NCBI GenBank assembly: GCA_964016885.1
Contig: OZ024747.1
Coordinates: 77,562,001-77,626,000, forward strand
Length of the DNA: 64,000 nt
DNA from: Eledone cirrhosa
Taxonomy: Eukaryota
Reading direction: 5' to 3'
Below the pieces are notes generated by a model. That model worked only from the letters and a program-made list of their open reading frames with translations, had not been told where the DNA came from and did not search any database. How positions within the stretch are numbered: the first letter of the stretch is position 1; every line of letters begins with the position of its first letter. Both the position numbers and the translations under genes were made by a program. This document shows positions 1 through 12,744 of this stretch, in pieces.

Positions 1-345
<345 letters not shown>

Positions 346-810
346 AACCGCATGTGGTTGACAGCAGAGAGAAAAGGGTGCTCAATACCAGTTATAATAT
401 TAATTTTATTAAGGCTAAATACTGAGTGTTGTTACTCTGGAGTTTCGCTTGTTTATGACGGGGCCATCAGACAAGAATATTATTGTCTAATGACCCTTCT
501 CGGCAAAGCTGTTCTGCTAGAGAGCGGGTCACTGGTGAGGGATAGCGATACGGCCACCAGATATGATGGATAGTTGCGACTTAAGCAGCCAACTGCCGGA
601 CGAATAAGCAATCCCGGACCAACAGCAGTAAACTACTAGGGGAGATAGTACAATGTGTGACACGTGTAGCTCCCAAGAAAACTCTCACAACACAGTGACA
701 TAGCTATGACGAGGCGAGTAAAGGCTGCCGCTAAAATAACCTAGCCTTCATGGGTTTGACAAAGTACCAGATAGGGGACTGGCGCAAATAAGGCCACAGA
801 AAAAGTCATT
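346..810 (-). mobile_element. Probable Penelope-like terminal repeat (pLTR) remnant with degenerate hammerhead at 429-474
   Basis: Minus strand reads ttgt-CTGATGG-...-GAAA-ctc-ca-gag-TA-acaa, followed by AATAAA and GTATTGAGCAC next to a TA tract, like the other pLTR remnants; core A9 is altered and stem II is weak; right boundary uncertain. Confidence 0.4.
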
Positions 811-821
811 ATTATCATTGG

Positions 822-1051
822 ACGCTAGATTGGCAGAATCGGTAGAGCGTCGAACAAAATGCTTTGCAATATATAGTTACGTCCCTTTACGTTCTGAGTT
901 CAAATCCCGCCGAGGTTAGCTTTGCCTTTCATCCTTACGGGGTCGATAAAATAAAGTACCAGTCATGCACTGGGGTCGATTTAGTCGACTTTCCTCTTCC
1001 CTTCAAATTGCTGGCCTTGTGCGTAAAGTAGAAACAACTATTATTATTATT
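822..1051 (+). mobile_element. tRNA-derived SINE, full length
   Basis: A box TGGCAGAATCGG, B box GAGTTCAAATCC, conserved body gcctttcatccttacggggtcgataaaataaagtaccag, tail ccttgtgcgtaaagtagaaac plus (ATT)n; many copies in window. Confidence 0.9.
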
Positions 1052-1109
1052 AATAAATAAATAATAAATAAATAAATAAATAAATAAATCATTATTATTA
1101 TTATTATTA

Positions 1110-1301
1110 TTGGCTGTATCGGTAGAGGGTCGGACGCCTTGCTTTCCAGCATAGAGTTACGTCCCTTTACGATCTGAGTTCAAATCCCGCTGAGGTTGAC
1201 TTTGCCTTTCATGCTTACGGGGTCGATAAAATGAAGTACCAGTAATGCACTGGGTAATTGCTGACCTTGTGCCTAAAGTAGAAACAATTATTATTATTAT
1301 T
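1110..1301 (+). mobile_element. tRNA-derived SINE, short-tail variant
   Basis: Same head, B box and body; lacks about 35 nt between cactggg and aattgctg; ends in (ATT)n. Confidence 0.9.
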
Positions 1302-1302
1302 A

Positions 1303-2420
<1,118 letters not shown>

Positions 2421-2427
2421 ATGCGTG

Positions 2428-2735
2428 GGGACATAGAAATAGTCGGGCTGGACCCCTAGCCTTTGTCAGGGCATTCTTCTAGGAGAAGGCAACTCAGGAA
2501 ACTGGGATAACTCCGATATAAAACCTGCGGCTCAGTAGTTACCGATGATGTTGATCTTTTCTTCTTTTCGGGTTATAGTTACTGTCGCTAGGAGAGTGGG
2601 ATTGGCTCAGTGCACAGTCTTTCCTCACTTTAAAAAATATCTTCACGCACAGGCATTGCACGATAGAATTAATTAATAATTATTAATAATGGTATATCGT
2701 GCAATGGCCATACTCGATAACGAGGGAGAAGCCAT
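2428..2735 (+). mobile_element. Interspersed repeat resembling an RTE-type 5' UTR; homologous to 56120-56290 (minus)
   Basis: tagcctttgtcagggca..tctaggagaaggcaactc and ggagagtgggattggct are mirrored as reverse complements near 56.15-56.27 kb; 12-bp stem cattgcacgata/tatcgtgcaatg at 2654-2706. Confidence 0.55.
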
Positions 2736-2789
2736 CATCATCATGTATGTATGTGTGCCTGTGTATGTGTATGCATGTATGTACGTATG

Positions 2790-3358
2790 TATGTTCTTCT
2801 GGTTTTATAATTTCACAAAGTTTTACCAATGGAGAGAGAGTCGGTTTCTAACATAGACACAAGACTCTCTCATTGGAATTTACGCAACATCAACTAGGTA
2901 GATATGTATATATGTATGCATGTGTAGATATGGATGTTATTGTATGTGTCGATGCGTATGTTTTGAGTTGTATGTGTGCATGTGTATATGCTTTGCATTT
3001 GTACATGTGTATATGCAGTTATTAGATGCAAAATTTTGGAATGTTTTACATATTTTTACTGTTCCATTAATGGATTGTACTTGTAATTTCCTAACTAGTT
3101 GTGTTCTTTCTGTTCCTGTGAAGCCTAGATTCTCAAGATTTGTATTGAGGCAGTTACTAACATATCCCAGTGCCCCAATAATCACAGGTATAAATCTGAA
3201 GGTGTAATCAGGGTGGAGTATCTGCAGATTTCTCATCAATTCTGCATAAATATTCTCCTTTTCACTAATCTTTGATATTATATTGGCATCTGCTGGGCAG
3301 CTAATTTCCACTACTGTGCATGCTTTCTTTTCCCTGTCCCATATCATAATATCTAGTA
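2790..3358 (-). mobile_element. 5'-truncated R4/Dong-clade non-LTR retrotransposon: restriction-like endonuclease C-terminus plus 3' UTR
   Basis: (P>L)DIMIWD...VVEISCP...K..EK...Y..L...FIPVIIGALG PD-(D/E)xK-type motif; 3' UTR stem-loop; flanked on both sides by (ATAC)n-like repeats. Confidence 0.85.
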
Positions 3359-3391
3359 TAACATGTATGTATATGTATGTATGTATGTATA

Positions 3392-6247
3392 CTAGAAATA
3401 TAGGGCATGTGTACTAGAACTATGCATGCAAAGTAATATTCAGTGACTAACTTTTCATTGATTTAGCTTTCAATCTAACAAGTTCAGTTCGGTATGATAG
3501 AGAATCAATAGCTTGAAACCATCCAAACGTGAGCGGCAAGTAGACTTTTGTAAAGGTAGAAACACTACTGAGAAAATCTTCAGCCGCCGCACTTTCTGTG
3601 TAAGTCGACCTTTCCTCTGTTGTTAAAATGTGTGAAAGTTACTTCCCGCGCATCGCAGGTGCAAAAACCTTCGAACCTCAAGGAAAAAAACAGAGGTTAG
3701 TAGACGCAGGTGTGTAATTGAGCATAAATAAAGGATCAATTGTAGGTTCACAGTGTATCGTTGAAATTGTTCTTTGCACGACTGACGGAAGTCAAATTCA
3801 CTTGAAATTGAATTTTCAGTTGATTTTTAAAGCAGGGTGAAAAAGTTTTGTTTTTTTTTCACAATTTTCGCGCTCACATGTGCAGAAGAAGAAATAAAAG
3901 GGACTTTATCTGAACCGCGGCATACTGGCGAGTCTTTTGCGACAGTTTTCAAGAAAATCAGACGTTCCTGTAAAAAGTTTTTCCCATGTGCAACTTTGCC
4001 TTGTTTTTTGCGCAAAGTCGAACCCCCGCTTCAGTTTTATTGATTTTTTACACGAATGCGTGACCTCTGAAGTAGATTTGAGTAGCTAAAAACCTCTCCC
4101 GGTAAATTTGCTATAAGTGAAAAAAAGTTGATCAAAATTGTGTCTAGGGTTATTGCCCTTTGCAACAGCCTCAACGTGTCTTCAAGTATGGTTTGTTAAT
4201 TTGTTGTGGAACTAAATCGACTTTCGTCAAAACGGACCGAGGAAACAATGTTTCCATTTGTCTTTCTGGCTGGTGTACCCGGTTACACTCGGGGTTATAA
4301 GGCGCTGGATTTAAACGAGTCTGCGCTAAATTGCAGCAGGATGCTTTAACCGAAATAAATGAAGAACAAACGTTTCTTTTTGTGCTCCAATCTGTGATAT
4401 TGGTATTTTGAAAAAAATAGTCCACAAACACCCATTCATAAGATACCAAAAAATTGCACGCAAATAAACCGGGATTTTAAGGCACTGCTCAATTCATAGC
4501 TGAAAGGTAAGAATCAAGTGGAATAATGTTTTGAGATATTGTCAAATGTACAACCGAACAAAAGCAAAGGATATAGCCATTGAAATCTAGGTAGACCAAC
4601 GAATTTGGTGGGATTGTATATCAGAGGTTTGTTTTCCTTGTGATTCGCGTCTAGCCTACAAAGTGAAGTTAGATGATTGTAGTCGGTGTTGTATCAATAA
4701 AAAATAAAAGCATACGGAAGACTGAACACTTACGAATTAAGTGAAAATCACGTTGATATTCCTATCGGAGCAACATGTGCCGAAAAACCTGACGGACTGT
4801 TGTGTCAATATTGAAATCGTAGAAATTGCGAATCCCGACCTCTAAGATGTAATGGTTAGGGGCTTTGGAGGTGAAGAGGAAGAATTGGTACAATTGTTTT
4901 GCTGAACATGTTGACCATTAATTTAAATAGACTTACGCAGCATCATCGTGCGGTTTTGTTGTTTATGGCCTAGAATGAGGGCCGGTTAAACGCGGCCGAA
5001 AAATAAGCCATGCTGATGAGGCATAACGATGCAGTGGGTCGACGGCGTGCACGGAAGGGAGATGGCCGGGATTGACGGTTGCAGAGATTCCGCATGGTGA
5101 GCCATGGCACTCGTGAAGGACCAAGGCGTGCGGGTAAGGGAGAGGGCAGGGGAGGGCATGGCGGCTGACAGAGCATGGATGCGGCATGGTGAGGCATGAC
5201 GATTCAGTGGGACGACGGCGTGCAGGGAAGGGAGAGGGCAGGACTTGATTGTGGCAGGGATGCGGCTTGGTTAGGCATGGCAGTCTTGAAGGAGCACGGC
5301 GGGTAGGCAAAAGAAATGGATGAGGGGGGATGGTGGCCGTCAGGGCAGTAATGCGGCATGGTGAGGCATGATGATCCAGTGGGACGACGGCGTGCAGGGA
5401 AGGGAGAGGGCAGGGATGCGGCTTGGTCAGGCATGGAAGTCTTGAGCTCTCCCGGAGTGTAGGCAATGGAAATGGGCAAGGGTAGACGGTGGCAGGGATT
5501 CGGCATGTTGAGCCGTGGCAGTCCTTAGGGACCACGGACGGCAGGCAATGGAAAGGGCCGGGGAATGAATTGCGGCTGACAGGGCAGAGATGCGCATGGT
5601 GATGCACAACAATGCAGTGAGTCGACGGCGTGCAGGGAAGGTAGAGGGCAGGGGTTGACGGATGCCTCATTATGCTACGGTAGTGGGACCACGGGAATGA
5701 AGAGAGCGCATGGAGGCTCGATGATTGCTTGAGAAGACTGGGCGCAATACAGGATAATGCGCGCGGTATAGTCTTGATAGTCCTTATATAAGAAATGAAA
5801 GAATCGGCATAAAAGGTTTGCTGAATATGGTGAGCGTTAATTAAAAGAGACTTGCGGTGGATAATCCTGATAGATTGAACGTTTTTTGCATGGCGGGAGT
5901 CGCGACAAATGGAAGCAAGAAGAATGGCGTTTTTCGGTTGTCGGATTTTTGCCTCTGGTGATCCAATTATCGATTTTTCGAAAATTTAATGTAGCCCACG
6001 TTCATCGCCGGATCAAAATACACACTTACTTCGAGTTTCATCGAAATCGGATGATTTTGAAAATATCGATTTTGGGCTTCTGGAGTCCCAATTATCGATT
6101 TTTCGAAAATTTCAAGTAGCCTATTCAAATCTACGGGTCGAGTTTTATATATGTGTCAAGTTTCATGAAAATCAGATGAACGGTGTAGCCTGCAAGTTCG
6201 GGACACCAAACAAACAACGCCCAACTTCACTTTATATATAAGAAAGA
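3392..6247 (-). mobile_element. Non-autonomous Helitron, about 2.86 kb
   Basis: Minus strand starts A|TC (6247) and ends CTAG|T (3392) with an imperfect subterminal hairpin gcatg..catgc; typical 5' region with (GTTT)n and tttcatgaaa/aaatc motifs; no RepHel ORF. Confidence 0.65.
4990..5660. repeat. GC-rich modular internal repeat (about 4 copies of cagtgggacgacggcgtgcagggaagggagagggcagg)
   Basis: Motif recurs near 5032, 5205, 5377 and 5615 with shuffled sub-modules. Confidence 0.8.
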
Positions 6248-6257
6248 TATATATATA

Positions 6258-6416
6258 CTGTAATAGACGCTAATAGCGGTTATTTTGAGTAAAACTCTCT
6301 GACAATAGTGTAATTTCCTTGTCCATTGAATTTCTTTTAAATCAAATAAATTTTGTAGATACCAAGCACTTTTTCTTTTTCCTGATGAAACTGTCAAATT
6401 TATCCCGAACACCCTG
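6258..6416. mobile_element. Tc1/mariner-type terminal fragment
   Basis: Ends ...aatttatcccgaacaccctg|TA, i.e. a CAGGGTG-type TIR at a TA site; partner end not seen. Confidence 0.5.
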
Positions 6417-6808
6417 TATATATATGCGGGATAACAGGTTATCGTTATAGGCAGTCCACTTAGATGTAGTCCAGTTAGAGTACTCGTGTAGTGGATGGTA
6501 TTAACGTATAGCTTAGTTTGACTCAACAAGACGTTTCCATAGTGATGCTGCGAGTTCGCGGTGATTTCTAGCCCATATTGTATAGCCAACCATGTCACTC
6601 TTCTTTCTTGAATTCTCTCTCTGTCTCTATATATATATATATAACGAAGGAAATGTGGTAAGGAACCAGGTGGACCATAACGCACCAAAGTACTCAATAC
6701 TTAGGGTAGTAGAGTTGGTAATAGGAACGAGTAGGACCCCGACGGCTAATTCTGGACTCAATTAGCCGTCGAAACGGCTTGAGCTCAGCCGTCGGGGACC
6801 TACTCGTT

Positions 6809-6847
<39 letters not shown>

Positions 6848-6939
6848 AGGTGGGAGTCGATTTTTTAAATAATGTATACATTATTGCATTCATGTCATTT
6901 AACATTTTATTGTGAAATGGTTAAAATAATCAATAAGCA

Positions 6940-7045
6940 ATAGTCCGCAGGGAACAGAACAATCTATAGTCCGCAGAACAGAACAATCTATCGTCCGCAG
7001 GGGACAGAACAATCTATAATCGGCAGGGGACAGAACAATCTATAG
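6940..7045. repeat. About 26-bp tandem repeat, 4 copies (atagtccgcaggggacagaacaatct)
   Basis: Direct inspection. Confidence 0.9.
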
Positions 7046-7325
7046 CGTTCTATGAATCTTTATGTATCTTTGTTTCCGATGTATTCTTCATGTTATTACC
7101 GTTGCTAATAAATATATTTTTTACGAAAGAGATTTTTTCCTCATTTGTTCTGGAGTCCTTTTGCTGTTTTGTGTTTAAATCCCCTGTGGTTCAATTTGAG
7201 AGAGGCTGGCAAATTTATTATCTAATAATATATTATATATGTAAAATCAAAATTGGAATGGACTTTGTGCAGTATCAAGATGGTACACAAAAATATCACA
7301 TGATCCACATGACAGGTGCAATGTG

Positions 7326-7563
7326 TCCAAACATGGAAGGGCCGAAATCCCACTGTCATCACCTCCGTGTCTCTCTCGTCCTCCCCATCTCTCACACACA
7401 CGTACACCAGGTCCGAACACGGAAGGGCCGAACTCCCACTGTCATAGCCTCCGTGTCTCTCTCGCCCTCCCCATCTCTCACACACATCTAGACCAGGTCC
7501 GAACACGGAAGGGCCAAACTCCCACTGTCATCACCTCCATGTCTCTCGCCCTCCACATCTCTC
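7326..7563. repeat. 86-bp tandem repeat, about 2.8 copies
   Basis: tcc(g/a)aaca(c/t)ggaagggcc starts at 7326, 7412 and 7498. Confidence 0.9.
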
Positions 7564-7854
7564 TGTATTGTGAGAAAATGGGGTCCCACGTGCTGGCCGC
7601 CTCTCAGCCCCGGCGGACAGAATGGAGAAGGCGTTTCCCAGGAGAATGGTAAGGGAGATATACTTGAAGAGCCATTGTCATCCGTTCTTCGTCCAAGAAG
7701 AGTCAAATAAAGTAGCAGGGCGTTATTGAGGTCAATGTAATTTTCCTGGAATTCTGGCAAACTTACAATGTTAATCATTTGATATGTGTGTTGTTGTTTT
7801 GTGGTGACAGTTTGACTCAAAAGCTTCTATGATTTTTCTTTTGTTCCATCAATG

Positions 7855-7876
7855 CGTGTGCATGTGTGTGTGTGTG

Positions 7877-7965
<89 letters not shown>
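7855..7965. repeat. (GT)n microsatellite
   Basis: Direct inspection. Confidence 0.97.
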
Positions 7966-7966
<1 letters not shown>

Positions 7967-8109
7967 TGCCTGCCTATCTATCTGTTTTATCTAGGACGGC
8001 GTGTATATATACGCTGTTCTATTTTTCTTCTTTTTATATATAGTTAGTAATATGTGTACTGGTATATAATGTTTGAGGAGATATTTAAGCCTGTAAATAT
8101 AAGGATGTC

Positions 8110-8658
8110 GGCATACGTTAAGACGGGCGTTGCGGAAAGTGGAAGTAAATTTTTTGACAACAATGTGAATTTGTTTTTGTTTTTTTTTACAATGAAAGTT
8201 ACGATACACACGCAATTGTATGGATTTCTTAATATATATATATGTGTGGGTGTGTATATATGTGTATATATGTGTGTACACTGTGAATTTGTTTGTTTAT
8301 TTACAACAGGTCTCTATAGTGATATGGTGTTAATTAGTATTGCGTGTTGTTTATTTACAACAGGTCTCTATGGTGATATGGTGTTAATTAGTATTGCGTG
8401 TGTGATTATTTTTTCTTTAGATAGACGTTAAACGATGATGATGACACAAACACATATATATATACAAACACACATATATATATACATACAGACACACATA
8501 TACACACATATACACACCCACACATATATATATATTAAGAAATCCATACAATTGCGTGTGTATCGTAACTTTCATTGTAGAAAAAAAAATTTAAAAAATT
8601 CACATTGTTGTCAAAAAATTTACTTTCACTTTCCGCAACGCCCGTCTTAACGTATGCC
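8110..8658. mobile_element. Mutator (MULE)-type MITE / foldback element
   Basis: About 170-bp terminal inverted repeats starting GGCATACGTTAAGACGGG; 9-bp target duplication aaggatgtc (8101-8109) / taggatgtc (8659-8667); internal 52-bp tandem duplication. Confidence 0.85.
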
Positions 8659-8821
8659 TAGGATGTCTATAACAAGTTTACCATATTGACATACTGCGTT
8701 TCTAGAGCAATTTTAAACATGGCGGAGTCCATCCCTCTCCATGTTTGAATACAGCAGACTTCTCCCATAGAAAGATAGAGAGGGTGAGAGAATGGAAGTT
8801 AGAAAGAGACATAGAGAGGAA

Positions 8822-10190
8822 GAATCGACCCCAGTACTAGACTGGTACTTTTTTTTATTGACCTCAGAGAGATGAATGGCAGAGTTGACCTCGACAGGAT
8901 TTTAACTCGGAGAGCAAAGATCCGAATCCGAAACGAATACTGCAAAGTACTCTATCTGACGTTCTAACCACTCTACCATTCTATCTGACGTTCTAATGAC
9001 TGCCATTCTATCTGACGTTCTAACCACTCTATCATTCTATCTGACGTTCTAGCCACTCTACCATTCTATCTGACGTTCTAATGACTGCCATTCTATCTGA
9101 CGTTCTAACCACTCTACCATTCTATCTGACGTTCTAACCACTCTATCATTCTATCTGACGTTCTAACCACTCTACCATTCTATCTGACGTTCTAACCACT
9201 CTACCATTCTATCTGACGTTCTAATGACTGCCATTCTATCTGACGTTCTAACCACTCTATCATTCTATCTGACGTTCTAGCCACTCTACCATTCTATCTG
9301 ACGTTCTAACCACTCTACCATTCTATCTGACGTTCTAATGACTGCCATTCTATCTGACGTTCTAACCACTCTATCATTCTATCTGACGTTCTAACCACTC
9401 TACCATTCTATCTGACGTTCTAACCATTCTACCATTCTATCTGACGTTCTAATGACTGCCATTCTATCTGACGTTCTAACCACTCTATCATTCTATCTGA
9501 CATTCTAACCACTCTATCATTCTATCTGACGTTCTAACCACTCTACCATTCTATCTGACGTTCTAATGACTGCCATTCTATCTGACGTTCTAACCACCCT
9601 ACCATTCTATCTGACGTTCTAACGACTGCCATTCTATCTGACGTTCTAACCACTCTACCATTCTATCTGACGTTCTAACCATTCTATCATTCTATCTGAC
9701 GTTCTAACTACTGCCATTCTATCTGACGTTCTAACCACTCTACCATTCTATCTGACGTTCTAACCTCTCTGCCATTCTATCTGACGTTCTCACCACCCTA
9801 CCATTCTATCTGACGTTCTAACCACTCTACCATTCTATCTGACGTTCTAACAACTCTACCATTCTATCTGACGTTCTCACCACTCTACCATTCTATCTGA
9901 CGTTCTAACCACTCTACCATTCTATCTGACGTTCTCACCACTCTACCATTCTATCTGACGTTCTAACAACTCTACCATTCTATCTGACATTCTAACCACT
10001 CTACCATTCTATCTGACATTCTCACCACTCTACCATTCTATCTGACGTTCTAACCACTCTACCATTCTATCTGACATTCTAACCACTCTACCATTCTATC
10101 TGACGTTCTCACCACTCTACCATTCTATCTGAAATTCTCACCACTCTACCATTCTATCTGACGTTCTAACCACTCTACCAATTCGCCGCC
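8822..10190 (-). mobile_element. tRNA-derived SINE whose A-box region is tandemly amplified
   Basis: Minus strand: ggcggcgaattggtagagtggttagaacgtcagatag ... array ... gagttaaaatcctgtcgaggtcaactctgcc ... gtaccagtctagtactggggtcgat. Confidence 0.8.
8950..10180. repeat. 29-bp minisatellite (ctctaccattctatctgacgttctaacca) with a 27-bp variant, about 43 units
   Basis: Direct inspection. Confidence 0.97.
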
Positions 10191-10514
10191 TCTAACTACA
10201 CTCTGTAGATTTTTATTAACTAGTTGTGTCATGACTGACGTTGATTCTTTTAATTTATAAAGGTTTTCAAATGGAATTCCAGCGTCTGTCAATAAAGTCA
10301 TATGATGAGCATTCAGAGAATTAATCCAACTATACATTTATATTTGAATGAATAAATCCTATGTTTATAATTAAGGGTCTCCACCTCCACACCCCCGACA
10401 CAACCACCACCCATCTAACCTTCTACCCATTCTTTGTGTTTTCATACTCTCTTCGAGATGTATATAATAGTTATAACTATTATTGTTTTTGTTGTTATTA
10501 TTATTTACTCATAG

Positions 10515-11592
10515 AGGCTGGGTTGGCAGTATCGGTAGAGGGTCGGAGGCCATGCTTTGCAGCAAAGAGTTACGGCCCTTTATGGTCTGAGTTCAAATCC
10601 CGCCGAGGTTAACTTTGCCTTTCATCCTTACGGGGTCGATAAAATAATGTACCAGTAATGTACTGGTTAATTGCTGGCCTTGTGCCAAAAGTAGAAACAA
10701 TTATTATTTACTCATAGGTCGATAAAATAAAACGTTAGTTAAGTATGGGAGGGGGGATCGATACTTCCTCCTTCTCCCCAATTGCTGGCCTTGTGTCATT
10801 GTTAGAAAGAATGGTGATCATCATCATCGTTATCATTTTACTATTATAATCGTTATGGTGGTGGATTGACAGTAATTGGTAGAGCGTCGGACAACATGCT
10901 TTACAGTATTACGACTTTCTGAGTTCAAATCTCGCCGAGGTTAGTTTTGTCTTTCATTATTACGGGGTCGATAAAATAAAGTACCAGTAATGTACTGGGT
11001 AATTGCTGGCCTTGTACCTAAAGTAGAAACAATTATTACTGCAGCATAGTTACGTCCCTTTGCGGTCTGAGTTCAAATCCCGCCGAGGTTAACTTTGCCT
11101 TTCATCCTTACGGGGTCGATAAAATAAAGTACCAGTAATGCACTGGGTAATTGATGGCCTTGTGCCAAATGTAGAAACAATTATTACTGGGTCGATAAAA
11201 TAAAGTACCAGTAATGCACTGGGTAATTGCTGGCCTTGTGCCTAAAGTAGAAACAATTATTACTGGGTTGATAAAATAAAGTACCAGTAATGCACTGGGT
11301 AATTGCTGGCCTTGTGCCAAAAGTAGAAACAATTATTACTGGGTTGATAAAATAAAGTACCAGTAATGTACTGAGTAATTGATGGCCTTGTGCCAAAAGT
11401 AGAAACAATTATTACTGGGTTGATAAAATAAAGTACCAGTAATACACTGGGTAATTGCTGGCCTTGTGCCTAAAGTAGAAACAATTATTACGGGGTCGAT
11501 AAAATAAAGTACCAGTAATACACCGGGGTCGATTTAATCAACTTTCCCCTTCCCCAAAAATTGCTGGCGTTGTGCCTAAATCAGAAACTATT
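10515..11592 (+). mobile_element. Head-to-tail cluster of 4 SINE copies or fragments (about 10515, 10716, 10860, 11040)
   Basis: Repeated B box GAGTTCAAATC, body and tail, all on + strand. Confidence 0.9.
11115..11520 (+). repeat. 76-bp tandem repeat of the SINE 3' half, 5+ units
   Basis: gt(c/t)gataaaataaagtaccag starts at 11115, 11191, 11267, 11343, 11419, 11495. Confidence 0.95.
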
Positions 11593-11874
11593 ATTATAAT
11601 TCTAATCATTGTTATAATTGTTGGGTTTTTTAGTGATAATTTTTTATGGCTAATAAAGTTTAGAAGAATTCAATGATGAAAGTAATCTGGTGATGTGTTA
11701 ATTGTGTTGAAGTTTTGTTGATAAAACTATTTCTGTAGCTATTGACAATATCAGACATCATTGACAACTAATTGAACTTTCAGTGAAATGTGTTCATTAG
11801 GAATTTAACAGTTAATGAGTTACAATGTAGCGCCATATTGAATGTATTACTTTATTACTCAATTCACATCTACC

Positions 11875-12138
11875 ATTCTACGGACATGTGAGTAGAATGT
11901 CCCAGGAGGAGATCGCTGGACAGATTTTTATGGACAAAACCAACCAGTAGGAGGCCCAGTGATGAACCTCGAGCAAGATGGTTGGATAACACCCATGAGC
12001 TTGGTTGGTCTCGCTTTGGGGATCCAGTCGGATCAGTTAGAGACGGTTGCTTCTGACAGGACCTGCTGGAAGGAGTGTTTCAGGACTCTTCCTCCCCACA
12101 ACCCTCTCAGGAATAAGTTGGCAAAGAAGAAGATGAAC
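11875..12138 (+). mobile_element. RTE-clade LINE 3' end fragment
   Basis: With frameshifts translates to FYGHVSRM..E....I..WTKP.SRRP..PRARWLD...GI....LE.VASDR.CW; ends in gaagaagatga. Confidence 0.8.
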
Positions 12139-12744
12139 TTATTACTGTTGATTCCTAAAGACTTGTGACCTAGTGCTTACAGCATTTGGATCACGATCGT
12201 GAGTTTGATTCCGTTGATTTTAAAAAAAAAAACAGAATTAGTTTACATATTGAGATCCCAACCCATCCTATTTATAAAGTATGGAATTTCTAGGAGTGTA
12301 ATTTTGTTGTCCTGTATAATGTTTTTTAATGTCTAAAGAAAATGAATTGTCGCAGGAATGCTATCAATTTTCGCCGGATATAGATCAGCAAAATTTAATA
12401 AGCGATGGCGAGATAAGAACAGGGTGGTGGAACAATGTGGGGGAAATTATTGGAGATCCGAGAGTAGATATAATCCAGAATATCTATGCAGGTAATAACA
12501 TGAAACCATTATTAACGCTGTGTAGTTAATAAAATATCAATGATGTAAATACGATGTAGACTGAAAATATGAAACATGGTCGTTGAAGACAATAATCGTG
12601 TAAAAGGATCGGGGAAATAATTATGTTTGATGGAAACTTATATAAATAATTTTTCAGTAACACACATAAGTGTAGGACATGTGTTTTTGATATGCAAAGC
12701 AAAACACACACTAATTATTGTATCTCATTATGCTGTTGTTTTAG

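Noticed and set aside
822-915. tRNA gene
   Set aside because: A and B boxes present but no cloverleaf, and it continues into a SINE body and tail.
4963-5670. 235-aa ORF as a real gene
   Set aside because: Repeat modules are read in different frames within the ORF, and GC-rich repeats are stop-poor; kept only as low-interest cargo.
8950-10180. 29-bp array as CRISPR
   Set aside because: Contiguous units with no spacers; derived from a SINE head.
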